A stretch of DNA of 50,772 nucleotides, from positions 64,701-115,472 of the forward strand of contig PS015319.1 of assembly GCA_048213135.1 (NCBI GenBank), in the 5' to 3' direction. The DNA is from Reclinomonas americana ATCC 50394 (taxonomy: Eukaryota). Of this stretch, positions 11,088 to 23,425 are shown in pieces; within the stretch, counting starts at the first letter, position 1, and each line of letters begins with the position of its first letter. The notes beneath the pieces are model-generated. The model made no database searches, was not told the DNA's origin, and saw only the letters and a program-made list of their open reading frames with translations. The position numbers and the translations under genes were made by a program.

Positions 11088-12195
11088 GAGAGGAGAAGGG
11101 AGGGGTTTGTGGAAGGAAAGTAGGTGGTGAATACACAGGAAAGGAATGAAAACAGAGAACTTATGGGGCAAGTGGAAGTGGAGGGAAGGGAGTGCAAGGA
11201 GGAAGGGAGGGGGAAGGGAGGGGGAAGGGAGGGGAGAAGGGAGGGGGAAGGAAGGGGAGAAGGGAGGGGGAAGAGCAAGGGGGAAGAGCAAGGGGGAAGA
11301 GCAAGGGGAAAGAGCAAGGGGAAGGGAGGGGAAAGAGAGTGAGAAAGAGAGAGAGAAAGAGAGAGAGACAGGGAGAGAGAGAGAGAAAGAGAGACGGAGC
11401 GAGGGAGCGAGGGAGCGCGTCTCGCAAGTCGTCAGCGTGTGTGGCGCCGGCTGGTCGGTTCTTGACGCGTGGGTGACGCGATTCAGTGGCTGGCGTGTGT
11501 GATGCGCCGCCACCGATGCTTGGCCGCTGGCCGTGGTCGTCGTGCTAGCGCTGCAGCTGACAACCCTTGTCGATCGTCGACTGCGGCACGGTCAAAACAC
11601 AACAACAACAATTTTACTGATACAACCAACAACACAGCTGCATGATGATCACCTGAATATACATAGCGTACCTGTGAAGAAAAGGAGTCTGGCAGTGTTG
11701 GGATCGCTATTCTTCAAGTGTACAGCAACGCAAATCGATTAGCAGAGCGAGGAAAAAACCAGCAAGACAGACATTTGAGTTGTGAGGCGTTGGATCATGA
11801 CGGAGGGTGACAAACCGGCGACATTTTGTAGCTTCCGGTGCCCTTGGAAGCTGTTATCTGCATCTGATAAGGGAGCAAAGGGGTGCGTTGTGATGCCCAG
11901 CCTGTGGCCGTCATTACACCGGGGTATACGCCCCCTGGAGACGCAGTTTTTTTCAACAGTTTTCGTGAATCCAGTTCGGTGAATGGAATCTAGCACGGAT
12001 ATATTTAATTGAATGAGAACACGTGAGAGAGTGTGTGCGTGTGTGAGAGAAAGAGAGAGTGTGTGCGAGCGTGTGAAAGAGAGATAGAGCGTGTATGTGT
12101 GACGGTGAGAGAGAGAGAGCGTGTGTGTGCGTGGGAGAGTGTGTGTGTGAGAGTGTGCATGAGTGTGTGTGCATGAATGTGTGTGTGTGTACATG

Positions 12196-12622
12196 NNNNN
12201 NNNNNNNNNNNNNNNNNNNNNNNNNNNNNNNNNNNNNNNNNNNNNNNNNNNNNNNNNNNNNNNNNNNNNNNNNNNNNNNNNNNNNNNNNNNNNNNNNNNN
12301 NNNNNNNNNNNNNNNNNNNNNNNNNNNNNNNNNNNNNNNNNNNNNNNNNNNNNNNNNNNNNNNNNNNNNNNNNNNNNNNNNNNNNNNNNNNNNNNNNNNN
12401 NNNNNNNNNNNNNNNNNNNNNNNNNNNNNNNNNNNNNNNNNNNNNNNNNNNNNNNNNNNNNNNNNNNNNNNNNNNNNNNNNNNNNNNNNNNNNNNNNNNN
12501 NNNNNNNNNNNNNNNNNNNNNNNNNNNNNNNNNNNNNNNNNNNNNNNNNNNNNNNNNNNNNNNNNNNNNNNNNNNNNNNNNNNNNNNNNNNNNNNNNNNN
12601 NNNNNNNNNNNNNNNNNNNNNN
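12196..12622. other. Assembly gap (others: 1822-1841, 13616-14156, 16374-16681, 19399-20003, 21452-21910, 35899-36056, 38401-38656, 41302-41788)
   Basis: Runs of N, mostly flanked by microsatellites or repeats. Confidence 0.99.
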
Positions 12623-14156
12623 AGAATTGTGACGCAGGCGTGCGGTCAACTGTGCGCGCGTGTCGGTGGTGAAGAGAGAGGGAAGAGAGACGGTGGTGAG
12701 TGAGGAGAAGAAAGAAACGAGACACAAGAAAGAGATGAAGAGACAATGTGTGTGTGTGTGTGACCGACTGCTCATTGCAAGAAATCGTCCAATGCAGAAA
12801 ATCACCAACAAATAGCCCACCTATCGCTATTCCTCGGGTCAAGGCCAAGGTCAGTTATATGATCAAAATCGACCTGTGCATGTACATTCTGTCTTCGTTT
12901 GTTTCTTGTGTTGATGCTTCCTTGGGTTGGTTGTTTGTTCTCTGTTTGTCAAGTTGTTGTTTTGTTGATTGCTGTGGATTCAATCGCGTGCATTGCATTT
13001 GACGCGAGTGACTTGGTTTGAGACGGAGAGAGAGAGTGAGAGAGTGAGAGAGAGAGAAAGAGAGAAAGAGAGAGTTAATGGTTGATGGAGGTTGTGGGTG
13101 AGAGAAGTGAAGAGGGTTGGGTTGTGGATGAGAGAGAAAATGTGAGTGATTGTATGTGTGAGAGGTGGGAATGCGAGAGCAGATATGTGAATGTGTATGG
13201 TGTGCCCGTGTTCGATGGAGAGCGAGAGAGTGTTTGTGTCTCTGTATGAGAGAGAGAGCAAGGGAGTCGATAGAGTGCGTGCGTTCGAGAGAGAACGATT
13301 TGTGTGTTTGTGTGTCAGAGAAATAGAGTGAGTGCGTGTGAGAGAGAGAAAGAGCTGTCGACGTCTTGTTCCGTCGCTGCCAGCAGCGAGGAAGGAGTGC
13401 AAGAGTGTATCGAGAGTCGTATTTGCTTGTCACAGAGTGAGTTTGAATGACATATGCATGTGTATGTGCTGCATCTTTTCTGAATGCCAGCATCAGAGGT
13501 CGGCACCTCACGCGCTTGTGGATACCTGTCTCTTGGTTTCATGGGTCGAGACATTGAGGGAGCGAGGATGTGTGTGTTGATGAGAAAGAGAGAGATCGAC
13601 CTTGTGCCTTTTTGANNNNNNNNNNNNNNNNNNNNNNNNNNNNNNNNNNNNNNNNNNNNNNNNNNNNNNNNNNNNNNNNNNNNNNNNNNNNNNNNNNNNN
13701 NNNNNNNNNNNNNNNNNNNNNNNNNNNNNNNNNNNNNNNNNNNNNNNNNNNNNNNNNNNNNNNNNNNNNNNNNNNNNNNNNNNNNNNNNNNNNNNNNNNN
13801 NNNNNNNNNNNNNNNNNNNNNNNNNNNNNNNNNNNNNNNNNNNNNNNNNNNNNNNNNNNNNNNNNNNNNNNNNNNNNNNNNNNNNNNNNNNNNNNNNNNN
13901 NNNNNNNNNNNNNNNNNNNNNNNNNNNNNNNNNNNNNNNNNNNNNNNNNNNNNNNNNNNNNNNNNNNNNNNNNNNNNNNNNNNNNNNNNNNNNNNNNNNN
14001 NNNNNNNNNNNNNNNNNNNNNNNNNNNNNNNNNNNNNNNNNNNNNNNNNNNNNNNNNNNNNNNNNNNNNNNNNNNNNNNNNNNNNNNNNNNNNNNNNNNN
14101 NNNNNNNNNNNNNNNNNNNNNNNNNNNNNNNNNNNNNNNNNNNNNNNNNNNNNNNN

Positions 14157-16373
14157 CCTGCCATTCGATTTCGGCACCGTAAAAATTGCCGAGTAAAAGC
14201 GGGCCGAGTCTCGCGGCACCGCCACCAACACCCCCTCCTTCACCAGGCGTGGGATCTCCTTCGCAAAGAACTGCGTGTCCTCCACGCTCAACGGCCTCTG
14301 CCACTCCTCCTCCCGCTGCATCACCGGCAGCGGCTGCGACGGGTTCGCCACCAGCCCAAACCGTGACCAGGCCGCCGGCAATGCGTGGCGCCGACGAATG
14401 TGCGAACCCTTCTCGCCGCCCGACAGCAAGTACGCCAGGCTCTGCCACACGATGTGGCCCCTCGATACCGAGCCCGCCACCACCTTGTTGTCGGGGAATT
14501 GTGTCAGCAGTGACGGAACTCCGCGCCACAGCGTCACGAGTTGCATTCCGAAAAAACTGCTCCGCGCGACCGTAATACTGCGCCACTGTGGTAAAGCCCA
14601 AAGGCAGGTCGGCCCTGTCCTCGGCAACGAGGTCTGGATCACTGCGCCAGTCCAGTACCTCCGGCTCGGCCGTGGGATACGGCAACAGTGCTCTTGGGTA
14701 GCCGAACGTGCCTCCCACCGTGACCGGGCCGCTCGCCGACGCCTCACCGTCGCCTTCCGCCTGGACGAGCTCTCGCAATTCGCCCACTGACCATACACCC
14801 TCATCGTCTCGAACGTCATCTCCAACCATGTAGTCGGCGTCATCTTGCCACTGGTCGGCCTCACTGACCTCGTAGTCTTCACCCGATGGACACCACCACT
14901 CGTCCTTCGGTACCTCTGCCACCGAGAAACTCCCATTCTCACAGTGGCCACTCTCCACGTCACCCACACTGGACTCCCTCGTCCGGCCGACGCCTGACAC
15001 GCAGCCCACGCCGTCGACCCCTCCACTGCACTCGCCTCCCACAGCCACTGCCCCGTCAACGGTGTCGTAATGCATCTCGTCGACGGTGCCGACTGGCTCC
15101 ATCATGTCACCTCCCTGCCACTCAACTCCATTCTCGACATCCGTCTCCCACTCGCCAACGGTGTCGTCATATGTCTCGTCAACGGTGTCGACCAAATCCC
15201 TCATGTCACCCCCTTGCCAATCATCGCCGCACTCGACATCCGTCTCCCACACTTGGCCGCCAACCTCCATCTGAGCGGTGTCTCCGTCCTCCTCGTGGCC
15301 TTGCCACCCGAGAGGGACACCGCCGAGCCCCTACGCATCGCCGCCGCCACCACCCATGCCGCCACGATTGTGGTCCTGTTGGCGACGCTGTGGCGGCGCT
15401 CCCGGTCCACCTCGGAAGCCACCATTGCCGCGGCCACCTCGATGGCCGTTACTGCCCCCTCGAGGACGCCACTGCCACTGCCCCTGTTGGGCGAAAGGTC
15501 GTTGGCCACCACCCCGGCCGCCACGGCCTCCTCCTCGAGCAACGTCAAACTGATCGACCTGGCGAGGCTGACCACCGTGGTAGGGCAGGCCCCCCTGGTA
15601 ACCGCGACTGTCGAAGCCGCCACCGGCTCCCCGACCGTCAAAAAAAAAACGGCGGGAATGTCGCCACGTTCCCGCCGGCAAGGTCGTCTTGGTGCCCAGG
15701 GAAGGCGTGGGGGCCAGTCTTCTGTGCGACGAATCGTGCCGCTCCGCCGCCACCGTTACTGTACGCCTCGTATTGGCGCTGCCGCTTCATGTTCCCGGCG
15801 AGCTGCGCCTTGTGGTACTTGCTCATGTGTGTGCGGTGGTCAGCTACCAGCTTGCCCAGCGCCTGGCTCAGTGCCGTCTCTTGCCACGCCCAGAGTGCTC
15901 CAAACCAGGCACGGAAGGAGTCGGGGAGTTGTACCGCCTCCAATTCGACTGTGTCCGGCCACCCTCGCCCAACGCCAGCCGCAGCCTGGTCGCTCGTCAG
16001 GTGCCGCGCCGCCTTGACCGCGCTGGATGGTGCTCTGTCCCCGTCCAACCGTACCGACCGATTGCGTGGTCGTACGCACCGCCGGAGGAGCCGGCGGCGG
16101 TGGGGGTGGCGGTGGTGGGGAGACTCGCTCCCGCACTGTCGGCCTCCCTGCCTCCATCAGGCGTTCAACTGTAACGTGGGGTAGGCCCTCGGTCAGCATA
16201 CTGGCGACCATCATGCACATGCTCAAATTCCCCCGACAGATGTCCCCCCGCAGAGTGGTGACACACGGAACGAGAGAGGGTGGAGAGCGAGAGGTAGGCC
16301 CAGCTTCAAAGGCACACAGGCACAACGACACGGAAAAGACCAACAGCAGGCGTTTCGTGCAGGTGCAGAGCGA
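14157..16373 (-). mobile_element. Partial DIRS-like (tyrosine-recombinase class) retrotransposon: gag-like region plus the N-terminus of RT, cut by gaps on both sides
   Basis: KVVAGSVSRGHIVWQSL...FAKEIPRLVKEGVLVAVPRDSARFYSAIFTVPKSNGR matches the DIRS pre-RT/RT start (VGGRL..F...W; EI..LL.KG.I..V....FYS.IF.VPK.DG). Upstream are an RGG-rich gag-like ORF and overlapping reading frames, with no introns. YR and RNase H are not visible. Confidence 0.7.
15060..15255 (-). repeat. 99-bp tandem duplication encoding an acidic 33-aa unit inside the retroelement
   Basis: gacatccgtctccca occurs at 15137 and 15236; WETDVE..WQGGDM...V.TVDE...DTV appears twice. Confidence 0.85.
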
Positions 16374-18373
16374 NNNNNNNNNNNNNNNNNNNNNNNNNNN
16401 NNNNNNNNNNNNNNNNNNNNNNNNNNNNNNNNNNNNNNNNNNNNNNNNNNNNNNNNNNNNNNNNNNNNNNNNNNNNNNNNNNNNNNNNNNNNNNNNNNNN
16501 NNNNNNNNNNNNNNNNNNNNNNNNNNNNNNNNNNNNNNNNNNNNNNNNNNNNNNNNNNNNNNNNNNNNNNNNNNNNNNNNNNNNNNNNNNNNNNNNNNNN
16601 NNNNNNNNNNNNNNNNNNNNNNNNNNNNNNNNNNNNNNNNNNNNNNNNNNNNNNNNNNNNNNNNNNNNNNNNNNNNNNNNNTTACTCTCACATGCAACCG
16701 AGGGGATTGAGTTAAAAAGAACTCTCTCCCGAAACGCACCATTGGTCTCCTCCGATGGCATCACGGTGTCGCTGCCACGCGCCCGCTGATCCCCACTCTC
16801 CTCCTCCACTGCCCTCACGTTCTCCATTGTGCACTCGAGTACACGACGCACACCTAATCGGCATTGCAGCACGATATAAGTCTTCCCACGCAGGGTGAAC
16901 GTGCGCTCCTCACTCGTGCGCTACGCACCACACGCTAGCTGGTCGCACCCAGTCGCCGTAAAGCGTACTCACGTACTCACGTGCGCCTCGCTCTCCTCGC
17001 ACACACAACTCTCTCCTGCACGCCGCCTCTTGGAGTTGCTCCCTCGGCACCCCGATTTCACCAGTCACCACTTCACCAATCACAACTGTGTGTGCGAAGC
17101 CGTCTTCAGAGCAAGGAATGATGCATGAAGATGGCCGCATAGCGCGCGTACCCTTACTTCCGCTGTGCTGCTCCCTGAGGTCGCCTCGGCGATCCACACA
17201 GCCACTAAACGCGGTTCTCTCTCCACTGCGCATGTGTGCGATGTCTTCCGTCAGACGAGGTACACATTTGCGTACGCACAAAACACGGAGCGTGATCGCA
17301 CCTCACACCCGATGTGCCGTCTCGTGGAGTTGTTCTCCCGGCACTCTACTCCAACGAACACGACCACCGCACAACCCACTAACACCTTGTCTTCGCTGTG
17401 TTGACTCCTGGTGTCGCCTCAGCGATCTCCACAGTCACCGACTCCCCTTCCACTGTGTGTGTTGTCTTCGATGAGACAAAATGCACGGATGCATCACACA
17501 CCACAAGTAAACAAGGTGATCATGAGGGCGTACCTCACATGTACACCTGTCGACGCGCTGTCTCTTGGAGGAGTCCCCGCTCTCCCGACAGCCAATCACC
17601 GGTACCACCGCTTGCGCGCTCTTCCCTCTGTGCGCGCGTGTCACCCGCATGGTAAGCGCGCTTGTGGGACAACACAAGGGCAGCACTACCCGCGTACTCA
17701 CACTCGGGCTCTCCCACAGCGTTGCTCCGCTGCACTGACACACACCCGGTAGTAGTTGCGTCACCACTGCTCAACCACAAATCAAGCGGTGGCAAGACGG
17801 TTAACGCCCACTGTCACGGTGTACCCACTTGCGCCAAAACGGTCAGCGACCACTCACATTTGTGCTCACAAACGAGCTTCCTTCCCCCACAATGACGCGT
17901 TCACCGACACGTTCAACGATCCAGGGGGCGAAAGAGGAGAGGGGAATGATCACATGCATGTCAGTTGACATGCATTTTATGTATCCCACTTCTCACGCAG
18001 ACGAATAACGACGTCACACGCACACAGCTAGTGCGAAAGAAAACTCACGAAATAAAGAGACGACGTTACGTGCTCCCCACGAGCAGAAAAAGAGTGCAGT
18101 GAATCACTGCACTCATCGTTGGTCTCCACCTTTATAGAACCGAATTCGAACCGGTTCGAATTGACCATTTTTGGGTTCTCTTCCTCTTCCGTCTTTCCGA
18201 CCCCAAAGAGGGTGCTCATCGGATAAAATCCGGTGCGAGACGTTTCCCACGCTCATTGCAACGACCCCCACAACCGAAACGCCGATCCTCAGCTTTAGAA
18301 AAAGATTCCACCTTCGAATCTCCAAATATCGATCCTGTTTCTCGCGCATAGCGACCAATGCAATATGCCTCCT

Positions 18374-18457
18374 CGCACCACCCGACTCAGGGGTGCTCGT
18401 GCGGAACACCAGATTCGCACCACCCTACTCAGGGGTGCCCGTGCGGAACGCCAGAAA
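18374..18457. repeat. 42-bp direct tandem duplication
   Basis: cgcaccacccgactcaggggtgctcgtgcggaacaccaga at 18374 and a near-identical copy at 18416. Confidence 0.85.
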
Positions 18458-19072
18458 CAGGCATCCTTCAAATAACTCCGATCACCCATCGATATTCCGT
18501 TCTCCCCTCATGGGCACACAGTGCCAACGATCACGGTCACGAGTACGCACGTAGGCGGTTCCTCATGATAAACCGGTGCCCTCACACGCAAGCGTGTACC
18601 CATTTGGCACCACTGCTGTCGCCTTGGCGACAAGGTGAAAAAGAATCTTCGATATCTACACATCCACCATCATGTGTTCTAGCCGCTCTCGGGCTCAAAC
18701 CCGCGGTCATTGCTACTCGCGCTCATGGCGCATGGGCATCTACTGAGCTCCGATCACCCGAGCTCCCGGCCCATCAAAGTTCCTAGATAAAGCCACATAC
18801 CACACTGACAGAAAAGAAAAACAGCACCCCCACACACTCTTCTTCACAACACCTATGCCGTCCAAAGACGGCGGACAGAACGACCTGCCCTTCTCACAAC
18901 ATGTACCACATCCACAGCCAGCCCTTCATTCCCGATCGCCACTAAAACTACAAGCCGCAGCGATCCTGGCAATCTCCAACACATATTCTGAGGGTTGTTT
19001 CTCTCATGCTCTCTCTGAGGCCGACGCCGCGGTCCCCACAACCTCTCAATACACGCACATCTCCGTGTCCCA

Positions 19073-20310
19073 CCATGCCTGACGGCATGCGAGCGCACGG
19101 CGTGTGCTTGCGAAACAGTCGGAAGAACATGCACTCCATACGGGGCGTCTTCATCGCTGTCGCTTCTCTGACGTCTATGGGCATCATACAACGCGACTCC
19201 TCATGCCCGGAGGCATGTGCAATGCTGGCAAGCCAGGATTACGAGTGCACGAGGTGTGCCTGCGATACAGTCGGGGATGCGGACTCTCCGAAGAGACGTG
19301 ATACCACCGCTGTCACTCATCAACCTCTCTCTGCACCTCTTATTTCGTGACTCCTCATGCCCGGAGGCATGTGCAATGCTGGCAAGCCAGGATTACGANN
19401 NNNNNNNNNNNNNNNNNNNNNNNNNNNNNNNNNNNNNNNNNNNNNNNNNNNNNNNNNNNNNNNNNNNNNNNNNNNNNNNNNNNNNNNNNNNNNNNNNNNN
19501 NNNNNNNNNNNNNNNNNNNNNNNNNNNNNNNNNNNNNNNNNNNNNNNNNNNNNNNNNNNNNNNNNNNNNNNNNNNNNNNNNNNNNNNNNNNNNNNNNNNN
19601 NNNNNNNNNNNNNNNNNNNNNNNNNNNNNNNNNNNNNNNNNNNNNNNNNNNNNNNNNNNNNNNNNNNNNNNNNNNNNNNNNNNNNNNNNNNNNNNNNNNN
19701 NNNNNNNNNNNNNNNNNNNNNNNNNNNNNNNNNNNNNNNNNNNNNNNNNNNNNNNNNNNNNNNNNNNNNNNNNNNNNNNNNNNNNNNNNNNNNNNNNNNN
19801 NNNNNNNNNNNNNNNNNNNNNNNNNNNNNNNNNNNNNNNNNNNNNNNNNNNNNNNNNNNNNNNNNNNNNNNNNNNNNNNNNNNNNNNNNNNNNNNNNNNN
19901 NNNNNNNNNNNNNNNNNNNNNNNNNNNNNNNNNNNNNNNNNNNNNNNNNNNNNNNNNNNNNNNNNNNNNNNNNNNNNNNNNNNNNNNNNNNNNNNNNNNN
20001 NNNCCTCATGCCCGGAGGCATGTGCAACGCTGGCAAGCCAGGATTGCGAGTGCACGGAGTGATACAGACGGGGATGCGGACTCTCCGAAGAGACGTGATA
20101 CCACCGCTGTCACTCATCAACCTCTCTCTGCACCTCCTATTTCGTGACTCCTCATGCCCAGAGGCATGTGCAACGCTGGCAAGCCAGGATTGCGAGTGCA
20201 CGGAGTGTGCCTGCGATACAGTCGGGAATGCGGACTCTCCAAAGAGACGTATAACCACCGCTGTCGCTCATCAACTACTCTCCGCATCGCACATCTAACT
20301 CGCGACTCCT
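19073..20310. repeat. Tandem array of a ~146-158-bp unit spanning gap 19399-20003
   Basis: The unit gactcctcatgcccggaggcatgtgcaa.gctggcaagccaggatt.cgagtgcacg... starts at 19195, 19349, ~20000 and 20146. A diverged copy lies at 19073-19195. Confidence 0.9.
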
Positions 20311-21139
20311 CCTTCTCACCACTCTACTGTGTGCATGCGTGTGCGTGCGCGCGTGTGTGTGCGTGCGTGTGACGTACATAAAGCACATTGGGGGGTGGTG
20401 TGTGTGTGTGTGTGTGTGTGTGCCGCATGTAGCGCCAGTCTTCACACTCCCCACCGGGCAAGTCTGTGTGCCCTTCCACTACAACAATCACGCAGGGTGC
20501 GCGGCAGGGGGGGTTGCCCCCACCGCCACGCACGTGCCCTGCTGTCCACCACACGCACGGTGAGGTGCGTGTGGCAGATAATCGAGACATGGCGCAACTC
20601 TCCCACCTCACGCGATTCACTCATCCGCCTCATGGCGCCGTATGTAGGCGCCGCGGTATCATTGTGTCGCGTGTGGTGGTTGAGTCCCACTCATGTCTCT
20701 CTCAAAATGGCACGCTACGTGTAGCGTGCTCGAGCCGTGTTGGGCGCACTGGTGCACCCAACACGCGTGATGCCGCTCAAACGAAGGCACAACTGTCTCC
20801 CAGCGTCACTCCCGGGTGGTAACGGTCAGACCATAGACCTAGACCAAAGACTACCACCACGGAAGTGCCAACCAGGTGGCTTGCTCTCGTAAGAGAGGAA
20901 GCCTACAGAAGCAAGGAACTGAAGGAGAGGACACTACAGTTATGGATTGTCCTCGACTTCGTGTTCCGCAGCTCAACACTTCCATCAGGGTTTTGACGCA
21001 CTTACATAGACGCATCGCGTTTTCTGCGTCCGTACACGGCACATCGAATTCGGGAAAAGGCCGTAGCCAAAACAAAGCCGGCCGCGGGTCGGGATCCGAG
21101 AAGCAAGCAAAGCACTGCAGGCGTCGTTGCTGTTGGCGG

Positions 21140-21261
21140 GGTTGAACAAAACCCATCAACACAAACACCAATAGTCCTCAGAACAGCAACTGGTTCTTCT
21201 GTCCACTGTTGCATTGGTCCTCAAAGAAAACGGGGAGATGTTTGAACAATGATTTTGCCAT
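21140..21261 (-). pseudogene. Possible decayed DDE (Sola-like) transposase fragment
   Basis: HLPVFFEDQCNSGQKNQLLF*GLLVFVLMGFV resembles the DNC.GQNKN..L..L...V..G.F motif and contains an in-frame stop. The match is short and weak. Confidence 0.3.
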
Positions 21262-21989
21262 CACGACACCAAAAGTATGAGCGCACGAAGCGACAACGAG
21301 CACAAGTAATACTCTCTCACACGCCCACGCACTCACTCACTCCCTTCGCTCCACGCCCAGCACGATATTGGACAGCGGACAGAGCGTAACGGACAGTCAT
21401 GCTCGCCCAAATCAGTTACTTAAGAGAGAAGAGCTCTCTCCCTGTCTCTCTNNNNNNNNNNNNNNNNNNNNNNNNNNNNNNNNNNNNNNNNNNNNNNNNN
21501 NNNNNNNNNNNNNNNNNNNNNNNNNNNNNNNNNNNNNNNNNNNNNNNNNNNNNNNNNNNNNNNNNNNNNNNNNNNNNNNNNNNNNNNNNNNNNNNNNNNN
21601 NNNNNNNNNNNNNNNNNNNNNNNNNNNNNNNNNNNNNNNNNNNNNNNNNNNNNNNNNNNNNNNNNNNNNNNNNNNNNNNNNNNNNNNNNNNNNNNNNNNN
21701 NNNNNNNNNNNNNNNNNNNNNNNNNNNNNNNNNNNNNNNNNNNNNNNNNNNNNNNNNNNNNNNNNNNNNNNNNNNNNNNNNNNNNNNNNNNNNNNNNNNN
21801 NNNNNNNNNNNNNNNNNNNNNNNNNNNNNNNNNNNNNNNNNNNNNNNNNNNNNNNNNNNNNNNNNNNNNNNNNNNNNNNNNNNNNNNNNNNNNNNNNNNN
21901 NNNNNNNNNNAGAGAGGGGGGGAGAGAGAGAGACCTTGTGATTGACAAGAGGGATATTGAGTGTTTTGTGTGTGACTGACAGAGCGAGC

Positions 21990-22025
<36 letters not shown>

Positions 22026-22271
22026 GTATGAGAGTGTGTGACGAAGATCAAGAGCTGTGACACAGAAGAGGAAAGAGTGATTGTGAATGAAGAGAGAGAG
22101 AGAGTGTGTGAAGCAAGGAGAGGAGGCAGTGACAGCGCGTGGGAGTGACGCACATACGCACTCACTCAGCGAGACAATTATTCATGATGCGCCCTGGATT
22201 CGCCTTGTCCTTCTCGCTCTCTCTCTCTCCTTCTCTCCTCTGATAATGCTTGTTTTTTGTTCCTGTTGCAG

Positions 22272-22390
22272 AGGCTGACAAGGAAGAAGAGGAACTGGAG
22301 GAGTTCCTGCGACGAACGGAGCGGCAATTGTCGGCGGAACGCGATGAGCTGATTGGGATCACGTTTACGGATGGGCATTGTTGCGTGTGA
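22272..22390 (+). CDS. Isolated coding-like exon (acidic, helical) of an unresolved gene
   Basis: A polypyrimidine tract and CAG precede ADKEEEELEEFLRRTERQLSAERDELIGITF. Upstream exons may lie in gap 21452-21910. Confidence 0.35.
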
Positions 22391-22476
22391 TTGAGACAGG
22401 AGAAGAGCAAGACTCTCTGAATGTTATGAGAGAGACATTGCTTTAGTCGAACGATAGATGCAGTCTCGTGGATGTT

Positions 22477-22700
22477 ACATAGACAGTTTCATCAGGATGT
22501 TGTCAACAAGTGGGTCTCGAAGCAGCATAACAGAAGAGGTTGCACGCAGTCATCTTCAGAGCCACATAGACAGTTTCAGCAGGATGTTGTCAACACGAGA
22601 GTGCCCCGTGAGTTTCGAAGCAGCATAACAGAAGATGTTGCACGCAGTCGTCAATGGCCAGCATTGCCGTGAGCATGTTGTCAACAAGAGAGTGTCTCTT
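22477..22700. repeat. ~87-bp imperfect direct repeat (two copies plus a partial third)
   Basis: acatagacagtttca.caggatgttgtcaaca at 22477 and 22564. Confidence 0.8.
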
Positions 22701-23425
22701 CTTCCACGGGGTTTCGAGGATGGCTCAGAGAGTCTTCATGTGTCGAGGGTGTTCATCTTCTCCTTGACAATCGTGAACATGTTGTCACGAAGGAACAGTG
22801 AGTTTGCTGTCTTCTTGCATCGAGCTTTTGCAACTCTTCTTGCTGCCATCTTCCTTCGTCGAGCTTCTGCATTCTCTTCCTGAAGCAGAGCGCCAGAGAA
22901 CATGAGACGATTTGAGGAGGATGCTGTCCTCGTCTATCAAGGTTCTGTATTCTTCTCGCAGCAGAACTTGAGGCGATGAAGAGTGTTTGCCGTCTTCCTT
23001 CGTCGAGCTTGTTCACGCGCTTGACACAGAGCAAGGAGACTTGTGAGGATGTGGCCACACAGACGCAGTAGGACAGTGGCTTTAGTGTCTTCGTTCATCG
23101 CGCTTCTGTATTCTCTTCTTGAAATAGAGCGCCAGAGGAAGTGAGAGTGGGCCGCCTTCTTCCATCGAGCTGCAGCAGCACAACAGCGGAGGATGTGAGA
23201 TGATGTGAAGTATTCCCCGTCTTTCTCCTTCATCCTTCTGCACATACTTGACACAGAGCAAGCAGACTGGAAGCGCAGGAGAGCGTTGGCAGTCCTTGTC
23301 ATATAGCTCGAGACTGCATTTTCTTTCTCCGTTAAACTCTCCTCTCCAACACACCTCCTCTTCTCTTCCCTTTCCTATTCCCTTCCATCATCGCCCTCCT
23401 TCTCACCTCTTGTCACCCCCCACAG

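Noticed and set aside
11500-13615. Coding fragments between microsatellites and gaps
   Set aside because: No recognisable motifs; ORF lengths are inflated by Ns and dinucleotide repeats.
18028-18219. GVGKT Walker-A-like word in a 63-aa ORF
   Set aside because: The first Gly of GxxxxGKT and all other NTPase motifs are missing.
16682-19070. Tyrosine recombinase or terminal repeats of the DIRS element
   Set aside because: No R-H-R-Y recombinase motifs and no matching terminal repeats could be seen.
19192-20310. CRISPR array or 5S/tRNA cluster
   Set aside because: The whole ~150-bp unit repeats with no unique spacers, no cas genes are nearby, and there are no 5S or tRNA signatures.
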